Assembly (NCBI GenBank): GCA_963769935.1 | Contig: CAVYNY010000013.1 | Coordinates: 448,001 to 512,000, forward strand | Length of the DNA stretch: 64,000 nt | Direction of reading: 5' to 3' | Origin: an uncultured delta proteobacterium | GTDB taxonomy: Bacteria; Desulfobacterota; Desulfobacteria; Desulfobacterales; JAFDCJ01 | Shown here: positions 21,998-31,367 of the stretch, piece by piece | Layout of the letters: the number at the start of each line of letters is the position of its first letter | Position numbering within the stretch: the stretch's first letter is position 1 | Translations under genes and position numbers: made by a program | The notes under the pieces: model-generated | Databases searched by the model: none | The model's input: the letters and a program-made list of their open reading frames with translations, nothing else | What the model was told of the DNA's origin: nothing

Positions 21998-22000
21998 CTT

Positions 22001-22252
22001 CTAATCTTTATCCTTCGCTGCGTCTTCCGGCTCGACCTTATCCCATTTGCGCGCTATTTCAGCCAGCTTTGTCTGGTCGCTGATATATCTTTCCACATAT
22101 CCGCAGTCGCCGCACACGTAGTTGTCCAAAGCAGCCATTGAGGTGAGGCCGATGGGGATGGAGTTGCTGCCGAAGGGGCCTTTTTTCAATGGAATCCCGG
22201 CTCCCGAAAAGACATTATTGGAATTGCATTTGGGACAATTTCCTGTTTTCAA
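22001..22252 (-). CDS. Small putative zinc-ribbon protein
   Basis: CPKC...CGDCG. The likely start is TTG 22252, after GGAGGTGA. Confidence 0.7.
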   Translation of the reverse strand: MKTGNCPKCNSNNVFSGAGIPLKKGPFGSNSIPIGLTSMAALDNYVCGDCGYVERYISDQTKLAEIARKWDKVEPEDAAKDKD

Positions 22253-22337
22253 CGTTTCACCTCCCTTTAAAAGTAATGGGTTCATTTTCTCCCCAAACTC
22301 GATTTTTCCGTCAAAAGCCCTATGCGGTTTCTGCTGC

Positions 22338-22366
22338 ACTATGACGAACTTTTACTATCGTGTCAA
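22338..22366 (-). promoter_or_regulatory. Putative sigma70 promoter for the Zn-ribbon/UbiB genes
   Basis: Minus strand TTGACA-N17-CATAGT. Confidence 0.5.
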
Positions 22367-22667
22367 TACGTCATCCGAAGCAGACCTCACAGGTTCCGGG
22401 TTCACCGTTCAGCGTTCCGGGTTTCCTTTTTCCGCTCCAATTTGGCCAATAAAGCGGCAAAAGTTTCAGCTTGAGTAGATTCCGCATTAATTTATTGATT
22501 CCTGATTTTCTATCATGTTAGAAGATCATAACTTCAGCCGGCTCAGGTTCCCGGTCGCAAACCCCGAAAACCGACGCTCCAATCCGGGCACCTCCGGTTA
22601 AAAAACACAGGGACTATGAACGAAATCCGACTGAGTCGCGGCCAAGGATTCAGAAGGGGGAAATGCT

Positions 22668-23507
22668 ATGAAATTCAAAATAATCCTGCTTTTTGCGTTT
22701 CTGCCGGCAATCGCGTTTGCCGACACATTCAGGCAATCTCGAACCCTCGAAATGCCGGCTGCCGGTGTTCACGAATTGAAGGTGCGATGCGGCGCAGGCA
22801 GTTTGACCGTGCAGGGGTTTGAAGGGGTAGACACCATAAAAGTCACGGCCGAAATTGAATTCGAGAGCAACGATGAGGGCGAATTTAAACTTTTGATCGA
22901 CAAACTGGTTCAACTTCACCTTAAAAAAGAATCCGGCAAAGCGATGTTGCTAAGCGACATCGTCAAACAGCCGTTGACGAATGTGGAAGGCAGAATCAAC
23001 CTGAATATCGTAATGCCCGGCAAAATGGACCTCAAGATCGTTGACGGTTCCGGTGATATGGTTGTCAGGAATATCATCGGCGATCTGAAAATTGATGATG
23101 ATTCGGGCGGCATTAAGGTCGAAAATATCACCGGCCGGATAGTCATTAAAGACGGTTCGGGCGATATCGCGATTGAGGAAGTTACCGGCTCCATAAAAAT
23201 CGATGATGGTTCCGGAGGAATCAAAATCCAGAAAACCGCCGGCGATGTGATGATCAAAGATACCAGCGGCTCCATCGAGATCAATAATATCGGCGGCAAT
23301 GTCACTGTGTCGGACGGCTCCGGCAGCATCGATATCTACCGGGTCCAAAAGAATGTGTACATCCGCGAGTCAGGCAGCGGCAAACTCGAGGTTAACGGGG
23401 TTCAGGGCAAGGTGATAATTCGCAATGGCGAAGAAAAAGCGAATGAGGAAAGTCAAGTGAATGAGGAAGATCAAGACAATGCGGAAGATCAAGAGAATGA
23501 GGAATGA
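22668..23507 (+). CDS. Exported DUF4097/adhesin-like beta-strand repeat protein
   Basis: Signal peptide, repeated (D)DGSG(D/G)IxI units and an acidic tail. Confidence 0.85.
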   Translation: MKFKIILLFAFLPAIAFADTFRQSRTLEMPAAGVHELKVRCGAGSLTVQGFEGVDTIKVTAEIEFESNDEGEFKLLIDKLVQLHLKKESGKAMLLSDIVKQPLTNVEGRINLNIVMPGKMDLKIVDGSGDMVVRNIIGDLKIDDDSGGIKVENITGRIVIKDGSGDIAIEEVTGSIKIDDGSGGIKIQKTAGDVMIKDTSGSIEINNIGGNVTVSDGSGSIDIYRVQKNVYIRESGSGKLEVNGVQGKVIIRNGEEKANEESQVNEEDQDNAEDQENEE

Positions 23508-23523
23508 AAAATCCTCAGCACTT

Positions 23524-25218
23524 TTATTTTAATTTAGTGGTGCGCGATGGGGAACCCGGCGTATCCTCCAGAGTATATGTTTTATAACCGCCGCTGAGGG
23601 ATTTAATGTCATATCCGTATTGACCCAGCGCGCGGGCGGCGTAGTAAGATCTCTGCCCCACAAAACAATATGTCCAGACCTCCCGATCCTTGGGGACTTC
23701 TTCCATTCGCTGCCTGAGATCGTTCAATGGAATGTTCACCGCCCCTTCGACATGGCCCGCTTTAAACTCGGATGGATCGCGGACATCCAGCAGGAAGACC
23801 CGGTCTTTTTCAAGTTCCTCCCAGTGGGCAATATTGGCATCGCCGCGCACGACATTGGCGGCGATCATGCCGGCAAGATTGACAGGATCTTTGGCGGAAC
23901 CAAATTGCGGCGCATAACACAACTCGGCTTCCTCTAAGTCGAATACCGTACCGCTATGCTGGATTGCCATGGAAATGACATCGATGCGTTTTTCGACGCC
24001 TTCTTTGCCGACCGCCTGGGCGCTGATGATGCGGCCGTTTCTACTATCGAAAATGAGCTTCAGGCTCATTTGAGTGGATCCGGGATAGTAGGAGGCATGA
24101 TGGCCGGGATGCAGGTAGATTTTTTCAATTTGCGCCGATTCCTCCCACCGCCCCATGCGTTTGAGGGTTTTCTCACCGGGACCCGTAAAGGCCGCAACCA
24201 AGCCCAGTATGCCGACCACCGACGTTCCCTGGACGCCGCGGAATACGGCCTCCCGGCCTGAGATGACATCGGCCGCGATCCGTCCCTGTCGGTTGGCCGG
24301 TCCCGCCAGCGGAATCACGCCCCATTGGCCGGTTATCTCATCCCGGACTTCGACGGCATCGCCGACTGCCCAAATGTTGTCATCGCTGGTTTGCATATGT
24401 TCATCCACCCGTATACCGCCCCGCTGCCCGATTTCCAGCCCGGCCGCCTGGGCCAGCTTTATTTCGGGTTTAACACCAATCGCCAGGATCACCAGGTCGG
24501 TCTCCTTGATCAGGCCGGATTTCAATCTGACCGACAGGCAATGATCGCCTTTGTTCTCAAACCCGACGACGGACTCGTTGAGGTGCAGCGCGACGCCGTG
24601 CTTGACCAGTTCGTCCTGAATAGGGGCCGCCATTTCCGGGTCCAGCAGCGGCATCACCTGGGCCTGCATTTCGACAATGGTCACCGCCAATCCAAGTTTC
24701 ACCAGGTTTTCGGTCATTTCCATGCCGATGTAGCCGCCGCCCACCACCACCACGCGCCCGGCGTTGTACCGTTTGATCCAGGCCTTGATTTGACGGCTGT
24801 CCGGTATGGTTCGCAGGGAAAAAATTCCGGGCAGATCAATGCCCGGCATCTTCGGTTTGATCGGACTGGCCCCGGGTGAGAGCACCAGTGCATCATAGGA
24901 TTCATGGTAAATTTCTCCGGACCTGAGATCGGTGACCTGAATCCGGCGATTTTGGCGGTCAATGTCCAGAACCTCCGACTGCACCCGTACTTCTATTTCA
25001 AATCGTTTGCGGAACAACTCCGGGGTGGCCATCAGAAGGTTTTTTTCTTTCTTGATTACATTACCCACATAATAGGGCAAACCGCAGTTGGCAAACGAGA
25101 CATATTCGCCCCGGTCGAACATGATAATTTTTGCTGTTTCAGAAAGCCTGCGGGCCCGTGCCGCGCAGGAAGCACCTCCGGCGACGCCGCCCACAATTAA
25201 GATCCGCTTTTGTTTCAT
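23524..25218 (-). CDS. CoA-disulfide/persulfide reductase with C-terminal rhodanese domain (CDR-RHD/Npsr type)
   Basis: GGVAGGAS, SFANCG, GGGYIG and YAPQF motifs; rhodanese DVR...GH...YCFVGQRSY. Confidence 0.92.
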   Translation of the reverse strand: MKQKRILIVGGVAGGASCAARARRLSETAKIIMFDRGEYVSFANCGLPYYVGNVIKKEKNLLMATPELFRKRFEIEVRVQSEVLDIDRQNRRIQVTDLRSGEIYHESYDALVLSPGASPIKPKMPGIDLPGIFSLRTIPDSRQIKAWIKRYNAGRVVVVGGGYIGMEMTENLVKLGLAVTIVEMQAQVMPLLDPEMAAPIQDELVKHGVALHLNESVVGFENKGDHCLSVRLKSGLIKETDLVILAIGVKPEIKLAQAAGLEIGQRGGIRVDEHMQTSDDNIWAVGDAVEVRDEITGQWGVIPLAGPANRQGRIAADVISGREAVFRGVQGTSVVGILGLVAAFTGPGEKTLKRMGRWEESAQIEKIYLHPGHHASYYPGSTQMSLKLIFDSRNGRIISAQAVGKEGVEKRIDVISMAIQHSGTVFDLEEAELCYAPQFGSAKDPVNLAGMIAANVVRGDANIAHWEELEKDRVFLLDVRDPSEFKAGHVEGAVNIPLNDLRQRMEEVPKDREVWTYCFVGQRSYYAARALGQYGYDIKSLSGGYKTYTLEDTPGSPSRTTKLK

Positions 25219-25279
25219 TTAACCGGTCCTTTCGGTTCCAACTCCAGGCAAGTTTTAGGATCTGCCTGCTTTTTAAATA

Positions 25280-25912
25280 TCATTGCTTGTTTGAACTATC
25301 GATTTGAACGATAGGAATCACTTCGATGAACAGCTTATCGCCGTGGGTATAAACGTCGGCGATATCCATATTTAGTGTCCATAACTGATTGTACAATTCG
25401 GATTTTACCGGTTTTAGATTTTTCAGCTCAACCGGGTATTCGATGCCGCTTAGCGCCGTCAGCAATCCATTCAGCAAGGCATCCCCCTGGCTGAATTCCT
25501 TCTCATTTTCCGGCGCCAGCAGGTTAGGCTTAAAATACAGCGTCTTTTTGCTTTTATCGTAGTTAAATGAAACCTCCCAGCGGCTGGGTAAGTTCACTTC
25601 GCCGACCACGAAATTTACGACCTGCTTGCCGATTTTTGTCGCGTATTTGATATCTTTGCCGCTGATCAGGGAAGAAAATGAAATCTTGCCGTTGTTTATC
25701 CTGATATTTTCAATGGACTGAACATAAAAAGATCCTACAAAATTTTTACCGAGATCTATTTTATATGGCAGCAAGGGTTTAATTGCTTTGGCCAGGCTTT
25801 GCGCCGGAACCACAACGGTCATTTCCCGCAAACCATCCACTTGAGCGCTGGCTGAGGAAACGATTGAAAGAAAGATAGCCGAAGCCAATACCACTTTATA
25901 TAATCTTTTCAT
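25280..25912 (-). CDS. Hypothetical exported protein
   Basis: 210-aa ORF with a signal peptide (ASA|Q). Confidence 0.75.
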   Translation of the reverse strand: MKRLYKVVLASAIFLSIVSSASAQVDGLREMTVVVPAQSLAKAIKPLLPYKIDLGKNFVGSFYVQSIENIRINNGKISFSSLISGKDIKYATKIGKQVVNFVVGEVNLPSRWEVSFNYDKSKKTLYFKPNLLAPENEKEFSQGDALLNGLLTALSGIEYPVELKNLKPVKSELYNQLWTLNMDIADVYTHGDKLFIEVIPIVQIDSSNKQ

Positions 25913-26028
25913 GGCACGATACCACCTTCAACCCGTAGAAAATTAAAATGGATGCAGTGCGCCAGACACACATGATCCGCACAGTCCGGGATAAGCCCCT
26001 GATCCACCCGGTGATGGCACAGGCTGCA
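25909..26028 (-). pseudogene. C-terminal remnant of a 4Fe-4S dicluster (DmsB/NrfC-like) protein
   Basis: Manual translation gives CSLCHHRVDQGLIPDCADHVCLAHCIHF...*. The stop overlaps the ATG of the next gene (ATGA), and a TAG lies immediately upstream. Confidence 0.7.
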
Positions 26029-26064
26029 CTAAATATTCAATCATCAATCGTCAATTGTCAATTG

Positions 26065-26170
26065 TCAATTGTCCTCCTCCGGATAAATCTTGCACAGCAA
26101 GGTCCTCACAATGGTCGCGCCCATGGCCGGGGTCTTTACCCTCCGGAAACCACCAGCCGTGCTCGCTGGA
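26065..26170 (-). pseudogene. C-terminal remnant of a molybdopterin oxidoreductase (acetylene hydratase/DMSO reductase family)
   Basis: SEHGWWFPEGKDPGHG is fused out of frame to PAMGATIVRTLLCKIYPEEDN*. Confidence 0.7.
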
Positions 26171-26275
26171 TTCAGCCCCGCAGCGTTCTTTGCAGTCCAG
26201 GATTCTCCCGGCAAGGGATATCCTCTGTCCTTTCAGCTGGCGCCATGGTCCCTGAATAAGATTTTTAAATCACTT

Positions 26276-26971
26276 CTAAGCAAAGTATGTCGGTTTTAGA
26301 ACTAGCAGATCATCCGTCATTCTTTCAGCCTTTAACACAAAATCACAAAGCCCGATGTCCAGACAAAGGTCGAAATCGGTTTGCGGTGCCCAGGTTACCG
26401 CCGGGTCGAAAAAAATCCGGGCGGTCTTCGAATCTTTGAGCCGGCGGTAGATTTGATTTCTTTCCAATTTGCGATTGTTCAGCCGGCCGGCTATATATTC
26501 CGCGCAAAGCGTGTCCTCGTCGTTGGGTGTAACCGCCCAGGTCCCCATGCAGACCAGGGACACTTTAGCGGGTGACTTCTTTCTGATGTAGGTCACGATC
26601 GCCTCGGCATTGACAAAGCTGCCGGTGATCAGCTCGTCGGCATCCTTGGCATTGGCAAAGCCCTGGGTCCCCGCCGAGGTGGTCTGAATGACGGTTTTTC
26701 CTGAAAAATCGACGGCCTGAATATCTGTCGGCGAGTTGCCGTAGTCAAATCCCGGCAGCATTTTGCCCTGCCGCTCCCCCATCAGAATATAGTCCGGATT
26801 TTTCTCCTTGAGTTGGTAGGCCAGCTCGACATCACCCACCGGAATAATCCCTCCGGCACCGTTTCGCACAACATAACACGCTGTTGAAAATGCGCGAAAC
26901 ACATCGATGATGACGGTAAGACCCCTGGCCTGCCTAGCGCCCTCGATTAGCTGTAATATATCGATATTCAA
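26276..26971 (-). CDS. comB: 2-phosphosulfolactate phosphatase family protein
   Basis: IIDVFRAFST, GER, GNSP, TTSAGT and EDTLCA motifs. Confidence 0.88.
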   Translation of the reverse strand: MNIDILQLIEGARQARGLTVIIDVFRAFSTACYVVRNGAGGIIPVGDVELAYQLKEKNPDYILMGERQGKMLPGFDYGNSPTDIQAVDFSGKTVIQTTSAGTQGFANAKDADELITGSFVNAEAIVTYIRKKSPAKVSLVCMGTWAVTPNDEDTLCAEYIAGRLNNRKLERNQIYRRLKDSKTARIFFDPAVTWAPQTDFDLCLDIGLCDFVLKAERMTDDLLVLKPTYFA

Positions 26972-27149
26972 TTTTATTCACCTGTCTGATGATGTGAACT
27001 TAGCTTGAGCGGTTCAGGTTTTCCCGCCGCGGCTGGATTCAGGGTTGAAAAACCCGGCCGGTTCGTATCAAAATAAAATAAATTTCAAGCGAGGTAGTTA
27101 TCTATTTCCTGAACGGTTGGCAATGAATATTTTTGGCATGAAAGCCTGA

Positions 27150-27370
27150 AAAAAAGCCGGGGAATGGTTCGGATTGCGCGCCCGCACAGACTCCAGCACA
27201 CGCAGAATTTCCTGGGTTTGCGGGTAGGCTGCATATCCCGGGTCCAGTAATTCCAGGGCCGCAGATCCATGAGCGCCTCGGCGTAAAGTGCGGCCGCATC
27301 GAGATCAGCGGGGTAACGGTCATGCAGGTCGCGCATGGCGCTTGCATAAGCGCAGTCCAGGGCACTGGAT
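27150..27370 (-). pseudogene. Internal fragment of a TPR-type protein, frameshifted
   Basis: ALDCAYASAMRDLHDRYPADLDAAALYAEALMDLRPWNYW, then in a shifted frame YPQTQEILRVLESVRARNPNH. Confidence 0.6.
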
Positions 27371-28323
27371 ATCGCCCCAGGCTCAGTCCTCAGCACTCAT
27401 CGCTGTTCCTTTTTTGATTTGAAAGAGCGACGCGATTCCGCCCTTCGACATTCTATATTTAGCATTCGATATTCTACGGTTCGCTGTTCAGTTCAACCTG
27501 TCGCCGGCCCCGCAGCCCCCGGGCCGGGAAGCCCGGTGGGCAGAAAGCGGGTCCGGAGGTCGCCCGGCCGGGGCTAAGTTAGTTCTTGATAAATTCTGAA
27601 CCAGCAGATATATCAAAAAAGGTATGAAGCTGGTTCGCCTCGTATCTGATAAACCCGGTGCTCTTCTTTTGAAATTTGAATTCACATTTCAGGCCTAGAA
27701 AGGAGACTCTCAAATGGCGATATTTTTTATGTAATGATCCCCCCAAATTTACCGCCAATACCCGTCTGAAATCCTCAGGTTTAAAGTCAAAAAAAACGTC
27801 CCAAAGTGACAGGCCGGCATTGATTCCAAACTGAACAGTTTACGACCCTGAAGGTGCTGCTTTTCAGGGGCGGAGTACTTAGATGATCGCCAGTTGTTTT
27901 CTGGCAGAAAGCGCGAGCATAAATCAAGGAGCAGGCCGGTCTGGTCGGGCGAAAGACCAATGTTGCGGGATGCCGTCCCGATGACTGCGGTGCCAACGCC
28001 CAGAAAGAACCTGGCTGTAAACGAAGACATCGTAAGCATATTTTTGTTGCCTGTCATGTCGAATAATCCCTGATGATGCTTATGGTACTGTTATTAAACC
28101 TCCGCACGCGGCTTGCCTCTGTGGCAAAAAACATATAAAAGAAGACTCGGATAATTTCTCTGTATTTATTTAAGCTCCATTGTGAGATCTAGACAACCAT
28201 AATTTGCGGGACAGGTCGATAAATATAGAACCCGGGCCCAGAGGACCCGGCTTTGATTTCACCCCGCAAGGGTGAAGCTCACCTTTAGACATTGAATGGA
28301 AAGATGGAGTGTTGGAATAAATC

Positions 28324-29154
28324 ATGCTCCGGTTCGGCTACAATACGAATGGATTTAACTGCCACTCCCTGGAGTCGGCCCTGGAAATAATTGCCGGTCT
28401 GGGCTACCGGGGGGTGGCCATCACCCTGGACAATTACATATTGAATCCGCAGGATGCTGATCTGGACCGCAAGCTGGCCCTCACCCATGCAATGCTCACA
28501 GAACATTCGCTGGCCTGTGTCATTGAAACCGGTGCCCGCTTTCTGCTTGACCCGCGGCACAAGCATGAACCCACGCTGATATCGGCCGACGAGACCGCAA
28601 GACAAATCCGTCTCGATTTTTTAAAGCGCGCCCTAAGGATTGCCGCCCGTCTCGAGGCGCAAGCCCTTTCTTTCTGGTCGGGCGCCAGGTGTGACCCGGT
28701 TACGGAAGCCGAGGCCTGGCAGTGGCTGGCAGCAGGCTGCCGGGAGCTTTTAGACGAGGCTGTCCGATACGGTGTTTTCCTGGCGTTTGAGCCGGAGCCC
28801 GGCATGTTCATCGAAAATCTGACCCAATACCAAAGACTGAAGCAGCACCTCGATCACCATTTATGGGGTCTGACCCTGGACCTGGGCCATGCCTTTTTGA
28901 CCGAAGCGGCCGGGCCGGCCGTCTGTATCCGGCAGTTCAAGGATGATATAAAAAACATTCATGCCGAAGATATGCGCAAGGGTATCCACGAGCATCTGCA
29001 GTTCGGCGAAGGAGAGATCGACTTTATTGGAATATTTAAGGCGTTGAAAGATATTAAATATACAGGGCTCATCAATGTGGAACTCAGCCGCCACAGCCAC
29101 AATGCCGTAAAGGCGGCCGGACAGGCATTTGAATACCTGTCCAAGTTAAGCTGA
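28324..29154 (+). CDS. Sugar phosphate isomerase/epimerase (AP endonuclease 2/xylose isomerase-like TIM barrel)
   Basis: FEPEPG, LDLGH, HAEDM, HEHL and VELS metal-site motifs. Confidence 0.88.
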   Translation: MLRFGYNTNGFNCHSLESALEIIAGLGYRGVAITLDNYILNPQDADLDRKLALTHAMLTEHSLACVIETGARFLLDPRHKHEPTLISADETARQIRLDFLKRALRIAARLEAQALSFWSGARCDPVTEAEAWQWLAAGCRELLDEAVRYGVFLAFEPEPGMFIENLTQYQRLKQHLDHHLWGLTLDLGHAFLTEAAGPAVCIRQFKDDIKNIHAEDMRKGIHEHLQFGEGEIDFIGIFKALKDIKYTGLINVELSRHSHNAVKAAGQAFEYLSKLS

Positions 29155-29288
29155 AAAGAATTTATTTTTCATAATAAATAATTAGCTGCCACGCCAATGC
29201 GGTATATTGCCGTACGGTCCACATATAAATTCAAAAGATATGGGCATGCCGAAGGCACGAAAGTATCCAAGACAGGGGATCAGACGCC

Positions 29289-30194
29289 ATGCGGTCAAGT
29301 AAATCGCGGCAATTTGCGGCTTCAGACAGGACGCAGCAGCAGTTCCAGCTGCCCGATGGAAGATCCCTGGGCTATGCCGAGTATGGAGATGCCCGGGGCC
29401 GGCCGGTTTTCTATTTTCACGGATTTCCGGGATCACGGCTCGAGGCCCGCCTGGCCGGACAAGCGGCGGTCTCATACGGCATCCGCCTTATTGCGCTGGA
29501 CCGGCCGGGGTATGGACTGTCGGATGTGAAGCGCCATCGAACGCTGCTGGATTGGGCGGAGGACACGGTTCACCTGGCTGATTTCCTGGGCATCGGGCGC
29601 TTTTCGGTAGTCGGAGTTTCCGGCGGGGGACCGTATGCGGCAGCCTGCGCATTCAAAATTCCGCATCTGGTGGACAAGGTTGCCATCGTATGCGGGCTGG
29701 GACCGGTGGTGTCCTGCGGCAGCCGAAACAGCGCCGCAGGCCGCACCGTAAACGGGCTGCTCCTGGCCGGCAGGTTCCCGATCTTCGCGCGGTTGCCGTT
29801 TGCAGCCGCGGCCCTGATGTATCGTGAACATCCGGCGCTTATGCTGGCCTTGATATCCCGCCACTTGGCGCAATGTGATCGGCTGGCCCTGCAGATACCG
29901 GAGCTCCATCAGCTATTGTGCGACTCCTTCCGCGAAGCCTTTCGCCGCAGCCTCCTTGGGCCGACCCGGGACCTGGTGCTCTATGGGCGGGATTGGGGAT
30001 TTGTCCTTCACGATATCCACGTGCCCACACGACTCTGGCACGGTGAAAAAGACGCCGTCGTGCCTCCGGCCATGGCGCATATGCTGGCGGATGAAATTCC
30101 GACCTGCCGCGCTTTGTTTTACCCGGAAGACGGACATTTTTCCATCATCGCCAATCGCCTGGGAGAAATCCTGGCGGAACTTTCGATAGACTGA
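29289..30194 (+). CDS. Alpha/beta hydrolase
   Basis: FHGFPGSR, DRPGYG, GVSGGG nucleophile elbow, HGEKD and GH motifs. Confidence 0.9.
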   Translation: MRSSKSRQFAASDRTQQQFQLPDGRSLGYAEYGDARGRPVFYFHGFPGSRLEARLAGQAAVSYGIRLIALDRPGYGLSDVKRHRTLLDWAEDTVHLADFLGIGRFSVVGVSGGGPYAAACAFKIPHLVDKVAIVCGLGPVVSCGSRNSAAGRTVNGLLLAGRFPIFARLPFAAAALMYREHPALMLALISRHLAQCDRLALQIPELHQLLCDSFREAFRRSLLGPTRDLVLYGRDWGFVLHDIHVPTRLWHGEKDAVVPPAMAHMLADEIPTCRALFYPEDGHFSIIANRLGEILAELSID

Positions 30195-30263
30195 ATGCGG
30201 GCGCTTTGGCAATTTTGAATTGGTCCGGATGAGCTGAAATAACAATGCCGCATTATCAAACCG

Positions 30264-31340
30264 TTACTCGGCGTTTAACAAGATAACCAGCGCCAACAGA
30301 CCGAATAAAATGTTGGCAAGCCAGGCGGCCAATAAGGGTGGAAGCCTGCCGGCATAACCCAGCGACAGGCAAAAACTGTGCAGAACCCAGTAAAAAAAGA
30401 CCAGCACGAGGCCGCTGACGATGCTTATGAAAAAGTTTTTTTGGGTACTTCCCATAACGGCAATGCCGGTGGCGATGATACTCATAATCAAACAGACAAA
30501 CGGGTAAGCGAACTTGTTAAAAAAATCCACCCAGTAGACTGTCGTGTCATAGCCTTCCGACTCCACGTCCCGGATGAATGCATAAAGCTCCTTCACATTC
30601 ATCTCCGCCGGATTTTTAATGACGCGCATCAGGTCATCCGGCAGAAAATCGACCGGTTCAGTATGCTCTTTGAAAGATGCGACCTTGTAGCTGCCGTCCT
30701 GCTGATCCAATTTCTGCTCAATGACATTAAGAAACACCCATTGGCCATCTCTGAATACGCCTTCACGGGCATCAACTCGTTTGATCAGTCTGAAATCTTT
30801 ATCGAGATAATTCAGGGCAATCTTGAATATCATTTTTTTCTGCGGATCATAGTATGCAATATTGTAAATGGATCGATCCCCTTTGATCCATATATCTTTT
30901 TGTTTCAAGGTAACAGCGGACTTTTTTTTGACTTCCTTCCACCAGATTTGGTTGGCTTTGCTCAGGGTGACATGGACGACGAGCTCGGACAATAAAAACA
31001 AAAAGATGGTCGACGCCAGGCCGATGATCAGAGCAGGCCGTAAAAGAAAATATGTATTCACGCCGCTGCATCTCAGGGCCAGAATTTCATTGTTCTTTTT
31101 CATCAGACCCAGTGCAATCAGCACGCCCAACAAGATACTGAAGGGGGTTATTTCAGCGACCATCTGGGGCAGCTTGAGCTGGAAATAGACGCGCGCACGA
31201 GAAAGAGCAAGTCCGGCTTCAATAAAATTGTCGATTCTGCGAAAGAAATCGACGACGAGATACAGCCCTAGGGCGCCGACCAAAACTATTGCGCAAAACC
31301 TGAGAATTTCTCGTGAAACATACTTATCGATGACAGACAT
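30264..31340 (-). CDS. lptG: LPS export ABC permease LptG
   Basis: YjgP/YjgQ architecture; NEILALRCSG and LPPLLAAWLAN; lies downstream of lptF. Confidence 0.88.
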   Translation of the reverse strand: MSVIDKYVSREILRFCAIVLVGALGLYLVVDFFRRIDNFIEAGLALSRARVYFQLKLPQMVAEITPFSILLGVLIALGLMKKNNEILALRCSGVNTYFLLRPALIIGLASTIFLFLLSELVVHVTLSKANQIWWKEVKKKSAVTLKQKDIWIKGDRSIYNIAYYDPQKKMIFKIALNYLDKDFRLIKRVDAREGVFRDGQWVFLNVIEQKLDQQDGSYKVASFKEHTEPVDFLPDDLMRVIKNPAEMNVKELYAFIRDVESEGYDTTVYWVDFFNKFAYPFVCLIMSIIATGIAVMGSTQKNFFISIVSGLVLVFFYWVLHSFCLSLGYAGRLPPLLAAWLANILFGLLALVILLNAE

Positions 31341-31367
31341 AACAACGCACCCAACCGCACCCGCAGA

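Noticed and set aside
27514..27575. GC-rich imperfect inverted repeat as an ncRNA
   Set aside because: No recognisable SRP, riboswitch or tRNA motifs; it cannot be supported without an Rfam scan.
27749..28057. 102-aa minus-strand ORF
   Set aside because: No recognisable motif or RBS, and it lies in a decayed region.
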